This document shows positions 49,563 to 52,617 of a stretch of 52,617 nucleotides of DNA, piece after piece. The DNA is taken from the NCBI GenBank assembly GCA_013265495.1, contig MU057552.1, forward strand, positions 164,741-217,357, given 5' to 3'. Every line of letters starts with the position of its first letter. Position 1 is the first letter of the stretch. Position numbers and translations under genes: made by a program. A model generated the notes under the pieces. It searched no databases and was not told the origin of the DNA. It saw nothing but the letters and a program-made list of their open reading frames with translations. Source of the stretch: Vicugna vicugna. Its lineage: Eukaryota.

Positions 49563-50169
49563 ATACAATTATGTATAGACAGCTAATACCACAAAAGTGT
49601 GTACTTAAAATGATTTAAATGTTATGATTTAAAATGATTTAAGTGTCATATTATGTATTTTTAAACACAATCAAAATAATCAGGAATGTAGTACTGATAC
49701 AATGCATTATAGTAATACACACTAAAAAGATCCCTAGTGAAAAAAGCCATAAAGAAAAGTTCTCCCAGATTAAGTGATTATTGTGTATGCTTTAAACCCA
49801 TCAATGTTGTCAAAATGAGAGAATCTCAGTAACAATTCTAGAAAAAGAAAACATGCAGTTAGACCTACTGGTGAAAGTTGAAGTGAGCCTATGGATTATA
49901 TAATAATGTGGAAAGCATATCACTTCCTCATTTTCACATTATATGGTGTTTCTTCAGGAGAGTGTCCCTGCTTTGGGGAAAACAGACTACAGTAATTGGT
50001 GCAAAATGCCAACTATGAGGACTTTTTATCATTACAAAAATTATTGGAATGTCCAATATTTTCAAAGCAACCATATCAATACCATGGCAGAAAAGTGGAT
50101 AAGACAGATATCAAACGTTGATATAGAGGCCAATACTTACCCAGACCAAGGTCATCTAAAGTTGTGATG

Positions 50170-50606
50170 ATAATTGCCCTTGTAGAAATCCACTTGCTAT
50201 TAAGAGGTACTGTGGGAGGAGTATACAAGTAGCCATCAAGGTTAAACAGTATCTAAATATCCTTATTGTCTTGTATCAGAGGTGCAGATGTACTGTCCAT
50301 CTGTCTAAGCATCATCCATGTGAGTTCCTGCCTGGGTCCCCAAGCCATGCATCCACATGTCTATGCAAGTAACTATCTCACTCCCAACAACATAGCACTG
50401 CCAGTAGCTCCTAGACCGGCAAAAGAGAAACAGAAAGTGATGGGATATAGTCAGTGGTAGTGGTTTGGAAGAGGTTGGTTTGGCCGTGTGGCATCTTCCT
50501 AAGTTTGCAGGCCTCTGTGAGTGAGCAAGGAAGCCTGATATCTGGGTACATGTCAAGGTGACCTCAACTGGGCTGAGAGGGTGGGGCATTGGTGAAGGTT
50601 ATAACA
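50170..50606 (-). mobile_element. Possible LTR fragment
   Basis: GC-richer tract ending in ..ataaca (TGTTAT start on the minus strand); family not identified. Confidence 0.3.
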
Positions 50607-51019
50607 GACTTTTTAGGGGTACTTCTGCCTACACTTGTACAACATTGTCTGTTCATCCCCAGCACAGATTAGAGAACAACACAGTTCCCACGGGTGCTGC
50701 ACAAGGCCAAACCTAAGGTGTAATGGCTTGCTGACCCTGCCATCATGTGGTAACTCAAAACCATCATCCATCCAGTAATGTGTGAATTTTCCCTGAGAAA
50801 AGTTCTTTACTGAATTCAATATAAATTCAGTGTAGATTTTATAGAAATTCAATTATAGTGAAGTAGAAATCCACATACACAAATATATTGCATGCATGCA
50901 ATAATAATTTTGCCATCATATGTTTCCTAACATAAACAGCTATAATGTAGTTTCTTTAAAGGTTAATTGAAATGAAGAGAGAAGTAGTAAGATCTTAAGC
51001 TCCTATAGAGAGACAATTT

Positions 51020-51480
51020 CACAGCAAAAGATATTTGGATGTATGTGGCTTATTTGAGAAGTGATGACAGGAATCCAGAGAGGTGTAGATGGCAAAAAGG
51101 GATCATAAGACAGGGAAAATGGAAAAGTCAAGAAAGGTGAGTTATGGGGCTGGTTCTTCTCCTGGGAAATGAGGTCAATCCCAAAATGGATATTCTGAAG
51201 AACTGCATAGAATGCACTTCAGAAGTATCCCTTTGAAGGGCAGTGTGGAGATTTATCCAACAACTCACATTTCCCATTGATTGAGAGTTTTTGTAGATGT
51301 CTTTAACACCCCTAAACTTACAGGCTCTGCTTGTGCAAAATGAGCTGCCTTTCACAGTTTAAAGAAAAGCCTGAGACAGAATAGATGAAAGGCACTCGAG
51401 GCAGGACATAGACGTAAGCTTACTGGTACCAGGAATGCTCTGCTACAGTGGGTTTGAGAACAGAGGCAAGAGGATGAGCA
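51020..51480 (-). mobile_element. Possible ancient ERVL-type LTR fragment
   Basis: aagatatttggatgtatgtggcttatttgagaagtgat..cagga and atttatccaacaactc..cccattgattgagagtt resemble LTR16/33/41-like elements; by eye only. Confidence 0.4.
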
Positions 51481-51789
51481 ATGAGAATTGGAAATAACTG
51501 AAGTCTAAGAATTGGGAAATAGAGTGACCGAATCTGAATAATACTTTCAGACAAAGCCTTGTACTGAAAATAATTTAAACTTCTGGATTAAGGAAAAGTA
51601 TATTTTCAAAAGCAATAAAAATGTTAAACTAGTACTGAATGACATCATTAGGCCAAATTTCAAGGGAAAGGGGGAACTCAATGAGGTAAGTGGAGCATAG
51701 AAGCTGTTGTCAAACAAAGGAATGTGCCATCAATTTTGAAGGTGTGAGATAAGGGGCCAGAGTTCAAAATCCGGAGCTCACCCAGAGTC

Positions 51790-52062
51790 TATGGGGATGC
51801 AATGTACTTGATGACCATAGTTATTAATACTGTATTATATATTTGAAAGTTGCAAAGAGAGTAGATATTAAACTTTCTCATCATAGAAAAAAAAATATAG
51901 CTATTTGTGGCAATGGATGTTAACTAGACTTATTGTGATCATTTGTATCAAATACATAAATATGAGATATATATATATATAATATATCTATCTCAAATCC
52001 ATGATTTTGTGCACCTGAAAGTAATATAATATTATATGCCAGTTATATCTCAATTTAAAAAT
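51790..52062 (+). mobile_element. L1MA-like 3' end fragment
   Basis: atagttattaatactgtatt..tttgaaagttgc..agagagtagat..tgcacctgaaa..ttatatctcaatttaaaaa. Confidence 0.75.
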
Positions 52063-52339
52063 AATGTAAGAATGCATGAACTAAAATATCAAAGGAGAAA
52101 AGAAGAAAAATTTAGGTAAAGGTCTTAGGTTTTAATAACATGATATTAACTAATTATGAGAAATAAAAGCAATATAAAATGGGATGTATAATTGCATATT
52201 CTTGCCTCTCAAGAACACTGAAGATTAATGCAATGACAACACAGTTCCATTCAACAAAAAAGGTGATGAAGCTTCAATGGTAAAGTGTCTTTATTAAGGA
52301 AGAAATATGTTTTGCTTGAACATTAAAAATTCCAAGCAT

Positions 52340-52617
52340 GAGCAAGATGGCGGAGTAGAAGGACGCTTGTAAGTCACCCTCTCCCACATATACACCAAGA
52401 CCCACATCTACGGACCCACTCGGCCAACCAGAGCACCTGCGGAACTCCAACAGATCATCGCCCTCTTCAAAAGATAAAGACGCCAAAAATCTGGTAGGAG
52501 AAAAGGAAAAAAGAAAGAACAAAAGGCAAAGCAGCGCGGGACGGGTCCCGCGGGGAGGGAGCGGCAAAGGAGGACTGGCGCTCGCTCGCTGGGTCTCCCC
52601 TCTCCAACTGAGAGGCC
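52340..52617 (+). mobile_element. 5' end of a young, CpG-rich L1 (continues beyond the window)
   Basis: gagcaagatggcggagtagaagg.. aligns by eye with 31160-31437; preceded by TT|AAAAA at 52323-52329. Confidence 0.92.

Overview
Mammalian, repeat-rich, gene-poor DNA with no intact protein-coding gene. It is very probably camelid, because it carries a Vic-1-type tRNA SINE at 42627 (recognised from memory). Left to right it is a mosaic. (1) 1-~14.4 kb: a decayed, intron-containing fragment of ANO6/TMEM16F with three consecutive exons, canonical splice sites, frameshifts and a stop, plus intronic L2, MIR, a solo ERV1 LTR and a short L1 with a 3' transduction. (2) ~14.4-17.06 kb: older L1 pieces in opposite orientations. 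(3) 17.06-39.05 kb: a diverged ~247-bp tandem satellite of roughly 58 monomers. It switches strand at ~25,440, has four subfamily layers and vestigial higher-order periods, and is interrupted by a full-length dead L1 that holds a nested 5'-inverted L1 and a 482-N gap. (4) 39.05-40.3 kb: a degenerate (CCCTAA)n telomere-type array fused directly to the satellite. (5) 41.26-45.98 kb: an old NUMT covering 12S to tRNA-Asn, with later SINE and L1 insertions. (6) A patchwork of L1 and LTR fragments, a 486-bp near-perfect tandem duplication, and the CpG-rich 5' end of a young L1 at the window edge. The most notable feature is architectural: a single-orientation telomeric array whose chromosome-end side runs straight into an inverted, layered satellite. 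This could be a fossil telomere-to-satellite junction. I found no evidence for a novel coding system. All family and gene assignments are by eye from remembered consensus sequences; no searches were run, and boundaries of old repeats are approximate.
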